Positions 54,038 to 64,000 of a DNA stretch of 64,000 bases are shown in pieces. Source of the DNA: an uncultured Spirochaetaceae bacterium (lineage in GTDB: Bacteria; Myxococcota_A; UBA9160; UBA4427); the NCBI GenBank assembly GCA_964565565.1, contig CAZMFM010000001.1, positions 3,883 through 67,882 of the forward strand. The letters are read 5' to 3'. The notes below the pieces were generated by a model, which saw only the letters and a program-made list of their open reading frames with translations, did not search any database and was not told where the DNA came from. The translations under genes were made by a program, and so were the position numbers. How positions within the stretch are numbered: the stretch's first letter is position 1; each line of letters begins with the position of its first letter.

Positions 54038-55501
54038 ATGAGTTTGCTGCCGTCGGCAACGCCCTGGACGTACGGAACGTTGGCCGATGCATTGGTCAGG
54101 TCCCCTGCATCGGGTCTGCTTGACTTCGAGCTATTCCCCAGACCGGCCAGGTCAGCAGCGCCCGCCACCAAGCCCGGCAACAGAGAACCGATTGAGACGT
54201 CTGCTATCTACTTCGCCGTGGACCGCACCAATGACCTCCTTCGCCCCTTCCGCGCGGGCTACTTCTTTGGAGGCTTCAACGGCCTCACTTGGATGATGAC
54301 CTTCGGGACGCCGATGGTTCTTCTGCTCGAGCGGCTCGGCGGCTCCACATTTCAGATCGGACTGACCTCTTCGTTCGTCTTCATCTTGTACCCGCTGCAG
54401 ATTCTGGCGACCGCCCTGCTCTCGCGAGTGGGCTTCCAGCGCCAGATGGTTATGGCATGGTGCCTCCGCGCCCTCTTCCTGCTTGTCCCACTCGCCATCG
54501 CGATCCGAGCCCCGGTCACGCCCGCACCGTGGATGGCCGACAGCGTGGTCGCCGCGGTGTTTGGTTTTTGCTTCTTCCGAGCCTTCGGGGTCGCCGCGCA
54601 TATCCCGTGGCTCGCCGCCATCCTGCCCGACGAAGTACGAGGGCGTTTCTTTGCCACAGAGGGTGCCATCGTGAGTGCCGTCGGGGTGGTGGCGCTGCTT
54701 TCCTGTGCTGCCCTGTTCTGGGCATTGCCTCCCTACTCCGCCTTCCGCGCGGTCTTCTGTATCGCCATCTTTGGTTCGGCGATGGCGGTCGCGAGTCTGC
54801 TGCGCCTGCCTTCGGGTCCACGGCCTGCGCCTTCGCCGATGCGCGCGATGCTTCCGGAGACCCGCCGACTATGCTTCGAGTCCGGACTGTTTCGACAATA
54901 CCTGGGCATCACGGCGGTCGGATCGGTGGTCGGAACGTCATTCAATGCGTTCACGATCTACTATCTGAAAACCGAGGCCGACCTTGAGTCGAGCGTCGTA
55001 TTGGGATTTACGGCGGCGCAGTTCGGAGGTCAGATCGTCGGGAGTTTCAGCGTCCGGCGCTTCATCGATCGCGTACCGCTGCGACGACTCATGCAGGTCT
55101 CTCAACTCATCGTCGCTTCGGTCCTTGCCTATTGGGTTTTCATTCTCACGACAAACTCACTTTGGCTCGTGCCAGTCGCGGTCTCCTATCTGGTCATCGG
55201 CACCGCGCTCGGGATCTCGAACACCGCCCACTATACCTTCGTGCCGGAGCTTTCCTGCGAAGAGAATCGCCCTGTGACAATGGCCATTTTCGGAGCGGTC
55301 GCCGGCCTGCTCCAAGGACTCGGCCCGATGCTCTGGGGCTTGGCACTTCGCACCGGTGACTCACTCCCGGGTGTTCACGAAGATCGTTTCCTCTTCTTTT
55401 TCGTACTCGGGATCGGCCTAGCAGGCCTGTCTTTCCGGCTCTTGGCGTCCCTGCCCGAAGTCCGACGCCATGCGGGTCTGCTCACCGAAAGAGGGGAGTG
55501 A
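54038..55501 (+). CDS. MFS-type transporter
   Basis: About 12 hydrophobic segments. Loop 2-3 reads ..LLSRVGFQRQM... The start is uncertain; GTG at about 54218 would remove a 60-aa non-hydrophobic leader. Confidence 0.75.
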   Translation: MSLLPSATPWTYGTLADALVRSPASGLLDFELFPRPARSAAPATKPGNREPIETSAIYFAVDRTNDLLRPFRAGYFFGGFNGLTWMMTFGTPMVLLLERLGGSTFQIGLTSSFVFILYPLQILATALLSRVGFQRQMVMAWCLRALFLLVPLAIAIRAPVTPAPWMADSVVAAVFGFCFFRAFGVAAHIPWLAAILPDEVRGRFFATEGAIVSAVGVVALLSCAALFWALPPYSAFRAVFCIAIFGSAMAVASLLRLPSGPRPAPSPMRAMLPETRRLCFESGLFRQYLGITAVGSVVGTSFNAFTIYYLKTEADLESSVVLGFTAAQFGGQIVGSFSVRRFIDRVPLRRLMQVSQLIVASVLAYWVFILTTNSLWLVPVAVSYLVIGTALGISNTAHYTFVPELSCEENRPVTMAIFGAVAGLLQGLGPMLWGLALRTGDSLPGVHEDRFLFFFVLGIGLAGLSFRLLASLPEVRRHAGLLTERGE

Positions 55502-55705
55502 GAGCGCTGCGGCCCCAATTCCAGCCATATCGAATCGACGTGCGGCATGGAAGCGCGTCAAAGGCGCTTCACTGAGCCGAATTTCGTGTGATGGAGTCGA
55601 CTCAGCCCGGTCCCCCGCCGGGCTAATCCTCCCTTCATCATTACCGGGAGTTAGGCGAAGCTCCGACGTCTAAAGTTCCAATCCGGGCCTTCCGATTTCA
55701 AGCGA

Positions 55706-56245
55706 ATGAGCGCATTCAGATTCTCTAGCTTCTTGCTCATGGGCGTAGTCGTGTCTGGGCTGATCGTCGCGACCGCGTCGGCCGGGGGCATCTACAAATG
55801 GGTCGATGCCGGCGGGGTGACCCACTATGGCAACCAGCCGAGCGGGCGTCGTGCTAAAAAGGTGGACCTGGACGAATACAGAAAGGTCCAACAGAGTCTG
55901 CCGGGCGCCGGCCCGTCGGGGCTCAAAGACGAGCGCGCCGACGCGCTCTCGAAGCGACTTCAGCGCGCCCAGGCGACTGGAAGAAGCGCGGACCTTGACC
56001 TCGAGCGCCGTGAGGCCGCGCGCAAGAGAGCAGCCGCGGCCCCACCCAAGCCCGATCCGAGCGAGGCATGGCGAGGAAGAGCGGTTGCCTCTTGCGAGTC
56101 GGGTGGGCTCCGGCAAAATTGTGACAGCGAAGAGCAAACCCAAAAGCGGCGTCCTCTGACCGAATCGAGGCGTCAAAAACGAGAAGAGAAACGAATTCGG
56201 CGGCTCAAGAACGAGGAAGCCGAACGCCGTCGAAATCGCCACTAA
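55706..56245 (+). CDS. DUF4124-domain secreted protein with a basic coiled C-terminal half
   Basis: Signal FLLMGVVVSGLIVATASA, then GIYKWVDAGGVTHYGNQP, the hallmark of DUF4124. Confidence 0.7.
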   Translation: MSAFRFSSFLLMGVVVSGLIVATASAGGIYKWVDAGGVTHYGNQPSGRRAKKVDLDEYRKVQQSLPGAGPSGLKDERADALSKRLQRAQATGRSADLDLERREAARKRAAAAPPKPDPSEAWRGRAVASCESGGLRQNCDSEEQTQKRRPLTESRRQKREEKRIRRLKNEEAERRRNRH

Positions 56246-56494
56246 CACATCTCATCAGGCCCCTTGTTGTTGCCGGTCTTCCGAGCAGCCAACTGGCCGT
56301 AGATTGGCACTTCTCCCGACCGCCCTCCAACGCGCCCCGGCCGCGCCGTTTGGCCGCCACCAAGGCGCCAGCTGGATTCGGATCCAGTCCCAGATAGACT
56401 CCATGGGAGCATTCCCTAGACAGTCCAACCCGACACGACCCAGCTGAGACGGATCGAGACTGGTCGACCCAGCACAATCAAAACGGAGCCACCG

Positions 56495-57472
56495 ATGCTA
56501 AGAATCATGGGAGCCGGAATCCTCGCCTTCTTCGCGGCAACCCTACGGCGAATCTTCCGCGGCCCGTCCTCCCCGGCCTGGAGCTGGCGGCTCGAATGGA
56601 TCGTCGCTGTGCAGCGAGCGGTTCTCAATGCAATGATCGACTGGCCTCCGCCGCGCATCCGCAAAGTCATGGTCGGGCGAGTCGGCCCACTGGCCCGCGG
56701 CCTCGATCGCGTCGATGAAGAACTCGGCGGCGTTCCCTGCGAGCGTTCCGCGTTGCCGGGCCGCTCTCCCGATCGCCATCTCCTCTATTTCCATGGTGGC
56801 GGCTTCACGCTCGGTTCGATTGCCAGCCACCGCGAGGTCGTTTCGGCGATCGCGACCCATGGCCAGCTCTGCGCCCATTCGGTCGCCTATCGCCAACCAC
56901 CGGAAGATCGATTCCCCGCCGCCGTCGACGATGTCGTCGCGGCCTATCGGGGATTGCTCGATTCGGGGATTCGCCCGGAACAGATCGCGATCGCCGGCGA
57001 CTCGGCGGGGGGCAACCTTTGCCTGGCCCTGCTGCTTCGCGCGAAATCGGACGGCCTTCCGATGCCAGCTTGTGCCGCGCTGATCTGCCCGGCGCCCGAC
57101 ATGTCGTTTCCCGGACAGAGCTGGCACCGCGATCCCCCCCTCGACTACCTGACCCGGCCCGTCGCCTATTCATGGCTCCGGCATTATGTCGACCCGGACC
57201 AATACGAAAATCCGCTGGCCTCGCCGATCCACGGCGACCTTCGCGGCCTACCCTCCATCCTGATGCACGCGGGCGGAGGCGAGGGGTTATTCGACGAGAT
57301 CGAACTGCTCGCGAGTGCGCTGCGAGAAGCCGACGTCAAGCTGACCTATCACGTGACCGCCGAGATGCCTCATGTCTGGCATCTCTTCGTTGGCATGATC
57401 CCAGAAGCGGACGACGCCCTACGCGAGATCGCGACGTTCATCAATCAATCGACGCAGGAGAATCCGGTTTGA
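56495..57472 (+). CDS. Carboxylesterase/lipase, hormone-sensitive-lipase (HSL) family
   Basis: Oxyanion motif YFHGGGF, nucleophile elbow GDSAGGN, and a downstream ..HVWH.. His region. Confidence 0.88.
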   Translation: MLRIMGAGILAFFAATLRRIFRGPSSPAWSWRLEWIVAVQRAVLNAMIDWPPPRIRKVMVGRVGPLARGLDRVDEELGGVPCERSALPGRSPDRHLLYFHGGGFTLGSIASHREVVSAIATHGQLCAHSVAYRQPPEDRFPAAVDDVVAAYRGLLDSGIRPEQIAIAGDSAGGNLCLALLLRAKSDGLPMPACAALICPAPDMSFPGQSWHRDPPLDYLTRPVAYSWLRHYVDPDQYENPLASPIHGDLRGLPSILMHAGGGEGLFDEIELLASALREADVKLTYHVTAEMPHVWHLFVGMIPEADDALREIATFINQSTQENPV

Positions 57473-58101
57473 AGCTCTATATGTTTCCCGTCGCGCCCAA
57501 TCCCACTCGCGTTCGACTCTATCTGGCTGAAAAGCGCGAGGCCGGCGCGAAGTTCGAACTCGAAGAAGTGGTCGTCAGCTTCTTCGAACAAGAACAGAAG
57601 ACCGCCGAACACCGAGCCCGCAATCCCCTCGCGAAGCTCCCGGTCCTCGAAACCAGCGGCGGAGAATTCCTGACCGAATCCGCCACCATCATCGAATACC
57701 TGGAAGAACTCGTTCCCGAGCCGGCGATGATCGGCGAGACGACAATCGAACGCGCGCGAACCCGGGAGCTCGATCGCCTGATCGACCTCGGCATCCTGCA
57801 CCCGATCGCGGCAATCGTACACGCGACGGATTCGCCACTCGGCTTGCCGCCCAATCCGGCCGTCGCCGAGCACGCGCGCGCGTCACTCCCGGCCAATCTG
57901 GCCATCGTCGAAGACCGCTTGAGCGATGGGCGCCCCTTCTTGATGGGCGAGCGCCCGACGATCGCCGACTGCACCCTGGCCGCAGCGTTCCAGTTCGGAC
58001 GCTTCAAGAAAGTCGAGATCCCGGCCTCCTACGAAGCCATCACGCGTTGGGACACCGCTTTCCGCGAGCGCCCGAGCGCTACGCAGGTGCTGTCGATGTA
58101 G
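57469..58101 (+). CDS. Glutathione S-transferase family protein
   Basis: (M)[21 protein letters not shown].., ..[24 protein letters not shown] 57469 overlaps the esterase stop, and AGGAG lies 8 nt upstream. The track ORF from 57019 is rejected. Confidence 0.85.
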   Translation: MKLYMFPVAPNPTRVRLYLAEKREAGAKFELEEVVVSFFEQEQKTAEHRARNPLAKLPVLETSGGEFLTESATIIEYLEELVPEPAMIGETTIERARTRELDRLIDLGILHPIAAIVHATDSPLGLPPNPAVAEHARASLPANLAIVEDRLSDGRPFLMGERPTIADCTLAAAFQFGRFKKVEIPASYEAITRWDTAFRERPSATQVLSM

Positions 58102-59128
58102 GGATGCCCAGATGGGCGTACGCGTGGGGCGTCGCCACGCGGCCGCGCGGCGTTCGAGTCAAAAAACCGCAATGAATCAAGTAGGGTTCGACGACATCTT
58201 CGAGTGTTCCCTTGTCCTCGCCGACCGCCGCCGCGAGCGTTTCGAGCCCGACCGGCCCGCCCCCGAACTTCTCGACCAAGGTCGTCAGGAACGAGCGGTC
58301 GAGGCCATCGAAACCGGCCTCGTCGACATCGAGCCTTCCCAGCGCAAAGCGCGTCGTATCGAGCTTCACGTATTCGGCATCACCGTCGCGAACGGCCGAA
58401 AAATCCCGAACCCGACGCAGCAATCGATTCGCGATACGCGGCGTTCCCCGCGCCCGCCGCGCGATTTCATGCGCCGCCTTCGGTTCGAGTTCGAGCCCGA
58501 GCAGTCCACCCGAACGACTCACGATCCGTTCGAGATCGTCGACCGGGTAGTACTCGAGCCGTGCGGACCAACCGAAACGATCGCGAAGCGGTGAAGTCAA
58601 GAGCCCGGCCCGGGTCGTCGCACCCACCAAGGTGAATTTCGGCAGATCGAGGCGGATCGATCGCGCCGTCGGCCCCTCCCCGATCAGGAGGTCGAGCTTG
58701 AAATCCTCCATCGCCGGATAGAGGATCTCTTCGATGGTCGGTGAGAGACGATGGATCTCGTCGATGAAGAGCACGTCCCCTTCTTCGACATTCGACAACA
58801 GGGCGGCAAGGTCGCCGGGGCGTTCGATCGCCGGGCCGCTCGTCGAGCGAAACTGCGCTTCCAATTCCGTAGCGACAATGCGCGCGAGCGAGGTCTTCCC
58901 CAGCCCGGGCGGACCGTGGAACAAGACATGATCGAGGGGTTCACCACGGTTGCGCGCGGCCTGAACGAAGACGCTCAAATTCTCGCGCAACCGGGACTGG
59001 CCGATCATCTCTTCGAGATTCTGCGGCCGAAGCGATTCTTCGGCGCTGCGCTCCTCGGGTTGCTGGCCCAGGCTGATTTCTCCTCGTTCCAACATGACTC
59101 CTCCCGCCTTGCCATCGCCTAACATCAA
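58079..59128 (-). CDS. ruvB: Holliday junction DNA helicase RuvB
   Basis: [12 protein letters not shown].., Walker [10 protein letters not shown], Walker [10 protein letters not shown], and ..[16 protein letters not shown]. The start may be ATG 59095. The 3' end overlaps the GST 3' end by 23 bp. Confidence 0.96.
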   Translation of the reverse strand: MMLGDGKAGGVMLERGEISLGQQPEERSAEESLRPQNLEEMIGQSRLRENLSVFVQAARNRGEPLDHVLFHGPPGLGKTSLARIVATELEAQFRSTSGPAIERPGDLAALLSNVEEGDVLFIDEIHRLSPTIEEILYPAMEDFKLDLLIGEGPTARSIRLDLPKFTLVGATTRAGLLTSPLRDRFGWSARLEYYPVDDLERIVSRSGGLLGLELEPKAAHEIARRARGTPRIANRLLRRVRDFSAVRDGDAEYVKLDTTRFALGRLDVDEAGFDGLDRSFLTTLVEKFGGGPVGLETLAAAVGEDKGTLEDVVEPYLIHCGFLTRTPRGRVATPHAYAHLGIPTSTAPA

Positions 59129-59209
59129 AGACCCAGCCTACTCGCATCTACCCGGCACCACGATTGCGCGGCGCGCACCTCGGCGCGCCCGCGCTCCGCG
59201 CCTCGCTTC

Positions 59210-59824
59210 TCAGCGTGCCAAACGTCGCAAAGCGACCCGGATCAACTCTTCCAGACTCGACTCGGGTGGCGCCTCTTCGAGGGCCGACTCGACCACGCGC
59301 TCCGCCTGATTCGTCGGGTAGCCAAGATTCACGAGCGCCGACAAGAGTTCTTCGCCCGGTTCGATCTCCGCCAACACCGTCGAATCGCCGTCGCTCCCGT
59401 CCGGACCGATTCGACCGGCGAGCTTCTCCGCCTCGTCCCGCAATTCGACCGCGATCCGCTCCGCCAACTTCGGCCCGACCCCGGGCGCTTTGCGCAAACC
59501 CTTCACGTCCGCACTTCGCAGGACGCGCAACAAACTCGTGGGCTCCATCCCTGAAAGAATCGACTGCGCGAGTTTCGGGCCGACGCGGCTGGCCTTACGG
59601 AGCAGGTAGAAGAGTTCCTTCTCCAGCGCCGTCGCGAAGCCGAAGAGTTGGATCGCGTCTTCGCGAACCGCCGTGTGCACGAGAAGCGAAACCGTCTTCC
59701 CGAGATCGGGCAAGGTCTTGAAGGTCGAGAGCGGAACCAGCAGTTCGTAGCCCACACCCTGCACATCGAGCACGATGCGCGTCGGCGCCTTCTCGCGCAA
59801 AGTTCCCTCGAGCCAGGCGATCAT
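59210..59824 (-). CDS. ruvA: Holliday junction DNA helicase RuvA
   Basis: MIAWLEGTLREKAPTRIVLDVQGVGYELLVP..LFGF and the HhH motifs ..VGPKLAQSIL.. and ..PGVGPKLAERI... ATG 59824 forms an ATGA overlap with the ruvC stop. Confidence 0.94.
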   Translation of the reverse strand: MIAWLEGTLREKAPTRIVLDVQGVGYELLVPLSTFKTLPDLGKTVSLLVHTAVREDAIQLFGFATALEKELFYLLRKASRVGPKLAQSILSGMEPTSLLRVLRSADVKGLRKAPGVGPKLAERIAVELRDEAEKLAGRIGPDGSDGDSTVLAEIEPGEELLSALVNLGYPTNQAERVVESALEEAPPESSLEELIRVALRRLAR

Positions 59825-60366
59825 TGCGTCTTTCCCTCCACGAGTCGTGTCATCGCGCGCCGTGAACTCCGCCGCCGGCCTCGGATCTGAAGATCGGCCA
59901 GCGGTCCCGCCTGAGCGTAGGTCATGGCCAACGCCAACGCGTCGGCGGCGTCCGTCGGCGGCGCCACGTCGAGCAAGAGCAAGGCCTTCACCATCGTCTG
60001 CATCTGAGCTTTGTCGGCCGCCCCGTTCCCGGTGACCGATTTCTTCACCTGTCGTGCGGCGAGTTCGGCGACGCGAACGCCGGCCATGCCCACGCTGGCG
60101 AGCAGCGCGCCACGGGCCTGCCCCAGGACCAGCGCGGAGCGAGGATTCGCGGCCATGAAGACGCGCTCGACGACTGCGACTTCGGGCTCTTCGGCACGAA
60201 GGACTTCGAGCAGTTCGCGATGCAAGAAATGCAGACGTTCCGCGAGCCCTTGCCCCGACGGCGGCCGGATCACGCCATGACGCAAATGACGGATCACGCC
60301 CTCTTTGCGTTCGATCAATCCGAACCCGGTTGCATTGGAACCAGGATCCACCCCCAGGACCCGCAT
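59821..60366 (-). CDS. ruvC: Crossover junction endodeoxyribonuclease RuvC
   Basis: MRVLGVDPGSNATGFGLIE.., ..VAVVERVF.., ..DAADALALA.. Confidence 0.95.
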   Translation of the reverse strand: MRVLGVDPGSNATGFGLIERKEGVIRHLRHGVIRPPSGQGLAERLHFLHRELLEVLRAEEPEVAVVERVFMAANPRSALVLGQARGALLASVGMAGVRVAELAARQVKKSVTGNGAADKAQMQTMVKALLLLDVAPPTDAADALALAMTYAQAGPLADLQIRGRRRSSRRAMTRLVEGKTQ

Positions 60367-60470
60367 TCCACCCCCCTCGTCTCGCCGCGCCTTGCCGTGC
60401 GCTCGTGCTCAGGATCGCCCAATCATTTTTCTGGCTGGCGCCCTCCAACAGGCTGCTAGCCATCCCGAGC

Positions 60471-61220
60471 TTACGCCAACCGCTCCAACTCCTCTTCCGA
60501 GATGTCGAAATTCGCGTAGAAGTTCTGGACGTCGTCGAGGTCTTCGAGGGCATCCGCAAGGCGAAGCATCTGCTCGGCCTCCTGGCCTTCGAGTTTCACG
60601 GTCGTGGACGGCTGCATCGTAATCTCGGCCGTCGCCGGCTCGAAGTCCTGACCCTTGAGCGCCTCCTGCACCGCATGGAATTCCGACGACGCCGTCACCA
60701 CCTCACAATGGTCGTCGGCCTCGATCACATCCTCGGCCCCCGCCTCGAGAGCCGCCTCCAACAAGGCATCCGCGTCGAGGCTTTCGCCTTCGAAAATGAG
60801 CATCCCACGCTTCTCGAAGAGATAGGCCACGCAGCCCGATGCCCCGAGATTTCCACCATTCTTGGCCAGCGCGTGCCGCACATCGCCCACCGTTCGATTC
60901 TTGTTGTCCGAGAGCGTCTCGATCAGGATCGCCGTGCCACCGGGGCCGTAACCTTCATAGACGGCCTCCTCGAAGGCCTCGCCATCGCCCCCGCCGATGC
61001 CCTTCTGGATTGCCCGCTGGATATTGTCCTTGGGCATGTTGGCGGCCTTGGCCTTGTCGATCACCAACCGCAGCCGAGGATTCGCATCGGGGTCGCCGCC
61101 GCCTATTCGGGCGGAAGTCTGCATCTCGCGGATGATCTTCGTGAAGATCTTTCCCCGTTTCGCGTCCAATGCGCCCTTTTTGCGCTTGATCGTGGACCAT
61201 TTCGAGTGTCCGGACATCAA
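60471..61220 (-). CDS. yebC: YebC/PmpR-family transcriptional regulator
   Basis: [27 protein letters not shown]..., ..[11 protein letters not shown].., ..YEGYGPGG. Confidence 0.93.
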   Translation of the reverse strand: MMSGHSKWSTIKRKKGALDAKRGKIFTKIIREMQTSARIGGGDPDANPRLRLVIDKAKAANMPKDNIQRAIQKGIGGGDGEAFEEAVYEGYGPGGTAILIETLSDNKNRTVGDVRHALAKNGGNLGASGCVAYLFEKRGMLIFEGESLDADALLEAALEAGAEDVIEADDHCEVVTASSEFHAVQEALKGQDFEPATAEITMQPSTTVKLEGQEAEQMLRLADALEDLDDVQNFYANFDISEEELERLA

Positions 61221-61491
61221 TTCTCCTGCAAAGGCCGTCGATTGGGCCCTCTCCCAGTCGAAATAGCACAGGCGCCCACCCGCGAGCCATCGGCGCGCAC
61301 CGGATCGGCGAAGGGAAGTTCAGTCAGGCTCCGGCCCGGCCGATACGCAAGGTGCAATGCGGAGCGCGGCGCCATCCCCGAAGGGTAGTCGTCGCAAGAA
61401 CTGGACATCGTGGCGCGTCGGGTAGGGGTCGAACTGGAAGCCATTGGCTTCGACTCCAATTCCCCGTCGCGCGAGACAAGGAGCATCCGAC

Positions 61492-63447
61492 ATGGCGGAA
61501 ATCGCCGTTGGGATCGACCTCGGAACCAGCAATACATGCGTCTCGGTCATGCGCGACGGACAGGTCGAAGTGCTCGACAACGCCTACGGCGAACGCACTT
61601 CAGCGAGCGTCGTCCACTTTCATGAGGACGGCAGCGTCGAGGTCGGGAACTCCGCCAAGGCGAAGGTGATCCATGCCCCCGCCGAAACCGTCAGTTCCGC
61701 CAAACGTTTGATCGGCCGCTACTACTTCTCCGAGGAAGTCAAAAAAGCGCAGGCCGTCTACGCCTACGAGATCGCCGAATCAGCGAACCACGGTGTGCGC
61801 ATCGAAATCCGTGAAGAAGAATTTTCCCTGCCCGAAATTTCGGCGATGGTGCTTCGCGAGATGAAACAGATCGCGGAGCGTCATATCGGCGAGGTGGTCA
61901 CCAAAGCCGTCATCACCGTCCCCGCCTACTTCAACGACAACCAACGTCAGGCCACGAAGGACGCGGGGCGCATCGCCGGCCTCGACGTGCTGCGGATCTT
62001 GAACGAGCCCACAGCCGCCGCCCTCGCCTACGGCTTCGGCATGGGCCTGAACCAGCGCGTCGCCGTCTACGATCTCGGCGGGGGTACCTTCGATGTCTCG
62101 GTGCTCGAAATCGGAAAGGATATCTTCGAGGTGCTGGCCACCTGTGGTGACACCTTCCTCGGCGGCGACGACTTCGATGACCGGATCATCGATCTGCTCG
62201 CCGACGATTTCATTGCCGAACACAACATCAATCCGCGCAACGATCCCTATGCCTTCGAGAAGCTGAAGCTCGCCGCGGAAAATGCCAAGAAGCAGCTCTC
62301 GATCGATGAAGAAGTCCATATTGTCCTCGACGATGTGCTCCGGGCCGAAGACGGCACCCCGCTCGGCGTGGAACGCACGCTGACTCGGACGGAATTTGGC
62401 GTTCTCGTCCACGACCTGATCCAACGAACCTTCAAGGTCTGCGACGAAGCGATGCAACAGTCGGACCTCACTGTGCGGGATCTCGACGGTGTGATCCTGG
62501 TCGGTGGCCCAACGCGTTTGTCGATCATTCGTGAGGCGGTCGAGGCCTATTTCCAGCAGGCGCCGCGCCAGGACGTCGATCCCGACGAGGTCGTCTCGAT
62601 GGGCGCAGCGATCCATGCGGCTTCCCTTGTCGGTGAAGCGCAGGACGCGATGCTGCTCGACGTCACGCCCCTCGATCTGCGAATCGGTGTCGCGGGTGGA
62701 CTCGCCGAGCCCGTGATCGAGCGCAACACACCCGTCCCGATCGAACAGACGCGCACCTTCACGACCTTTCAGGACCATCAAGAATCGGTCCAGATCCGCG
62801 TCTACCAGGGCGACCACCGGATGGCCGCCGACAACGCACTCCTGGGTCAATTCGAATTCTCGGGCTTTACCAAGGGGCCGCGTGCCGACGTCAAGATCGA
62901 TGTCACCTTCGAGATCGACGCCGACGGCATCGTGAACGTCACGGCCTCCGATCAGACTACGGGCGAAGCGGCCTCGACACAGATCACGCTTTCCTCGGGA
63001 CTGGGCGAAGAGCAGCTCGAAGCGATCATCGAAAGCGATGTGGCCGGTCGCGTCTCGACCGCCGCTGTCGCTGCCGGATCCGGATTGGCCGCCAGCGACT
63101 CGAAGTCGATCGCACTCGACGCCGGCGATCCAGTCACACCAGTCGAACTGGACCCGCCCGAAGAGAATGCACTCTTCGGCGACGGTTCGGTCGACCTTTC
63201 CGAGGGACGTCCCGACGATCTAGCAGGACTCGATCTGGCTGATTCCGCGGATGCCGACGATCTAGCCGATCTCGCAGACGAGGCCGATCTCGATCTGATC
63301 GACGACGAAGAGCTGATCCAACTGACCGAAGAGGCGATTGCGGATCCCGGGCCCCCGAACCCGGCCGAGGACCAGGGCGAGTTCTTCGACACGTCCGGCG
63401 ACGATCTAGGCGGCCCCGAAATCGAGCTCACGGAAGAAGAGAAATAG
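61492..63447 (+). CDS. Hsp70-family ATPase (DnaK paralogue) lacking the canonical helical lid, with an acidic low-complexity tail
   Basis: [17 protein letters not shown].., ..[20 protein letters not shown].., ..[10 protein letters not shown].., SBD-beta ..[26 protein letters not shown]... About 140 aa of D/E/A/L-rich tail follow. AAGGAG lies 8 nt upstream of ATG 61492. Confidence 0.9.
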   Translation: MAEIAVGIDLGTSNTCVSVMRDGQVEVLDNAYGERTSASVVHFHEDGSVEVGNSAKAKVIHAPAETVSSAKRLIGRYYFSEEVKKAQAVYAYEIAESANHGVRIEIREEEFSLPEISAMVLREMKQIAERHIGEVVTKAVITVPAYFNDNQRQATKDAGRIAGLDVLRILNEPTAAALAYGFGMGLNQRVAVYDLGGGTFDVSVLEIGKDIFEVLATCGDTFLGGDDFDDRIIDLLADDFIAEHNINPRNDPYAFEKLKLAAENAKKQLSIDEEVHIVLDDVLRAEDGTPLGVERTLTRTEFGVLVHDLIQRTFKVCDEAMQQSDLTVRDLDGVILVGGPTRLSIIREAVEAYFQQAPRQDVDPDEVVSMGAAIHAASLVGEAQDAMLLDVTPLDLRIGVAGGLAEPVIERNTPVPIEQTRTFTTFQDHQESVQIRVYQGDHRMAADNALLGQFEFSGFTKGPRADVKIDVTFEIDADGIVNVTASDQTTGEAASTQITLSSGLGEEQLEAIIESDVAGRVSTAAVAAGSGLAASDSKSIALDAGDPVTPVELDPPEENALFGDGSVDLSEGRPDDLAGLDLADSADADDLADLADEADLDLIDDEELIQLTEEAIADPGPPNPAEDQGEFFDTSGDDLGGPEIELTEEEK

Positions 63448-63453
63448 AGCTCG

Positions 63454-63990
63454 ATGCCCCCCTCATCTTCCTCGGCCATTGACGCACTCGAGATTACGGC
63501 GCTGTCCAGGATCATGGACGAGCTCGACTACTACCAGATTCTCAACGTCGAGACGGGCGCGAGTACCTCCGACATCCGAAAGGCCTTCCACGCCTCTTCA
63601 CGAACCTTTCATCCCGATGCCAATCGGGAGTTGACCGGCGAGCTACGCGACGAGTGTCGCCAGATTTCGAAGCGCATCACCGAAGCCTATTGCGTGCTGC
63701 GCGATACCCGACGACGCCACGCCTACGATGCCCAGAAGTTGGACGACAACTCCTTGCGCATCCAGATCGCAGAAGCCCGCAATGCCCATGTCGAGCAGCG
63801 CAAGGCAGAGCGCTGTGGAGCCACTGCCCAAGGACGCCAATATCATGGCAAGGCGGAGGCCGATATCAAAAAAGGCGATCTCGCCAGCGCAATTCGCAAC
63901 ATCCAGATGGCCCTGACCTTCGAGGCCGGAAACGATGGCTTCAAGTCGCTGCTCGAAGAACTTCGCGAACGCCAGAAGGCGATCTCCTGA
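63454..63990 (+). CDS. J-domain protein (type III) with a TPR-like C-terminal helix pair
   Basis: DYYQILNVETGASTSDIRKAFHASSRTFHPDAN.. (HPD present), with no G/F or Zn-finger region. Starts 6 nt after the Hsp70 stop; ATG 63514 is an alternative start. Confidence 0.85.
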   Translation: MPPSSSSAIDALEITALSRIMDELDYYQILNVETGASTSDIRKAFHASSRTFHPDANRELTGELRDECRQISKRITEAYCVLRDTRRRHAYDAQKLDDNSLRIQIAEARNAHVEQRKAERCGATAQGRQYHGKAEADIKKGDLASAIRNIQMALTFEAGNDGFKSLLEELRERQKAIS

Positions 63991-64000
63991 GCGCGGGCGC

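Noticed and set aside
59825-60559. Extended ruvA ORF (59210..60559, 449 aa) and ORF 60330..61388 +
   Set aside because: The extension overlaps ruvC entirely in another frame and is Arg/Gly-rich. RuvA homology begins at MIAWLEG (59824). The plus ORF is the shadow of yebC.
61221-61491. CIRCE (HrcA) operator upstream of the Hsp70 gene; ATAGCAC at 61263-61269
   Set aside because: Only one half-site-like 7-mer is present, with no inverted GAGTGCTAA partner 9 nt away.

Overview
High-GC bacterial chromosomal segment. Hand-counted 60-nt lines are about 65-68 % G+C over most of the window. I found no rRNA, tRNA, CRISPR array, transposase or integrase. The domain repertoire (TIGR02266-like PilZ, DUF4388, PEP-CTERM, a eukaryote-like Ser/Thr kinase, many TPR proteins) suggests a Myxococcota/deltaproteobacteria-like lineage; this is inference only.

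Layout:
- 1-18.9 kb: housekeeping genes. A partial PilZ-DUF4388 gene, divergent purF/purC, cdsA, dut, the classical rimP-nusA-infB-DUF503-rbfA-truB-rpsO-pnp string, pyrK-pyrD and rimI.
- 19.1-31.0 kb: the most unusual part. A 2,634-aa all-TPR protein with a stand-alone PilZ gene 29 nt downstream converges on (and overlaps by 44 bp) lpxC. lpxC itself sits 41-77 nt (depending on which lpxC start is used) downstream of, and co-oriented with, a membrane-anchored TPR-like Ser/Thr kinase.
- 31.2-37.5 kb: a plus-strand run of secreted or membrane proteins. These are FG-GAP, a beta-lactamase-family protein, a small Cys protein, a CarboxypepD_reg/MORN-like protein, a somatomedin-B-domain hydrolase and an anchored hypothetical.
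- 37.5-48.6 kb: mixed metabolism and regulation. An alpha/beta hydrolase, RibH2-type lumazine synthase, a PEP-CTERM protein plus a PEP-CTERM relic, a DAACS-SBP fusion transporter with an Ntn amidotransferase, Coq4, HxlR, and TetR with an AbfD/HpaB-family enzyme.
- About 48.7-54.0 kb: a lower-GC block (sampled lines about 48-58 %). It holds a small membrane protein, a decayed PD40/TolB-like gene, an amidohydrolase with MarR, a GAF-HD-GYP-hemerythrin protein and about 580 bp of unexplained non-coding DNA.
- 54-64 kb: MFS transporter, DUF4124, esterase-GST, ruvB-ruvA-ruvC-yebC, and a lid-less Hsp70 followed 6 nt later by a J-domain protein.

Nothing here can be proven novel from sequence alone. 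The best candidates for a second look are the giant-TPR/PilZ pair, the TPR-kinase-lpxC arrangement, the 18-bp x 6 in-frame tandem repeat at the 5' end of purF, and the bacterial somatomedin-B fusion.
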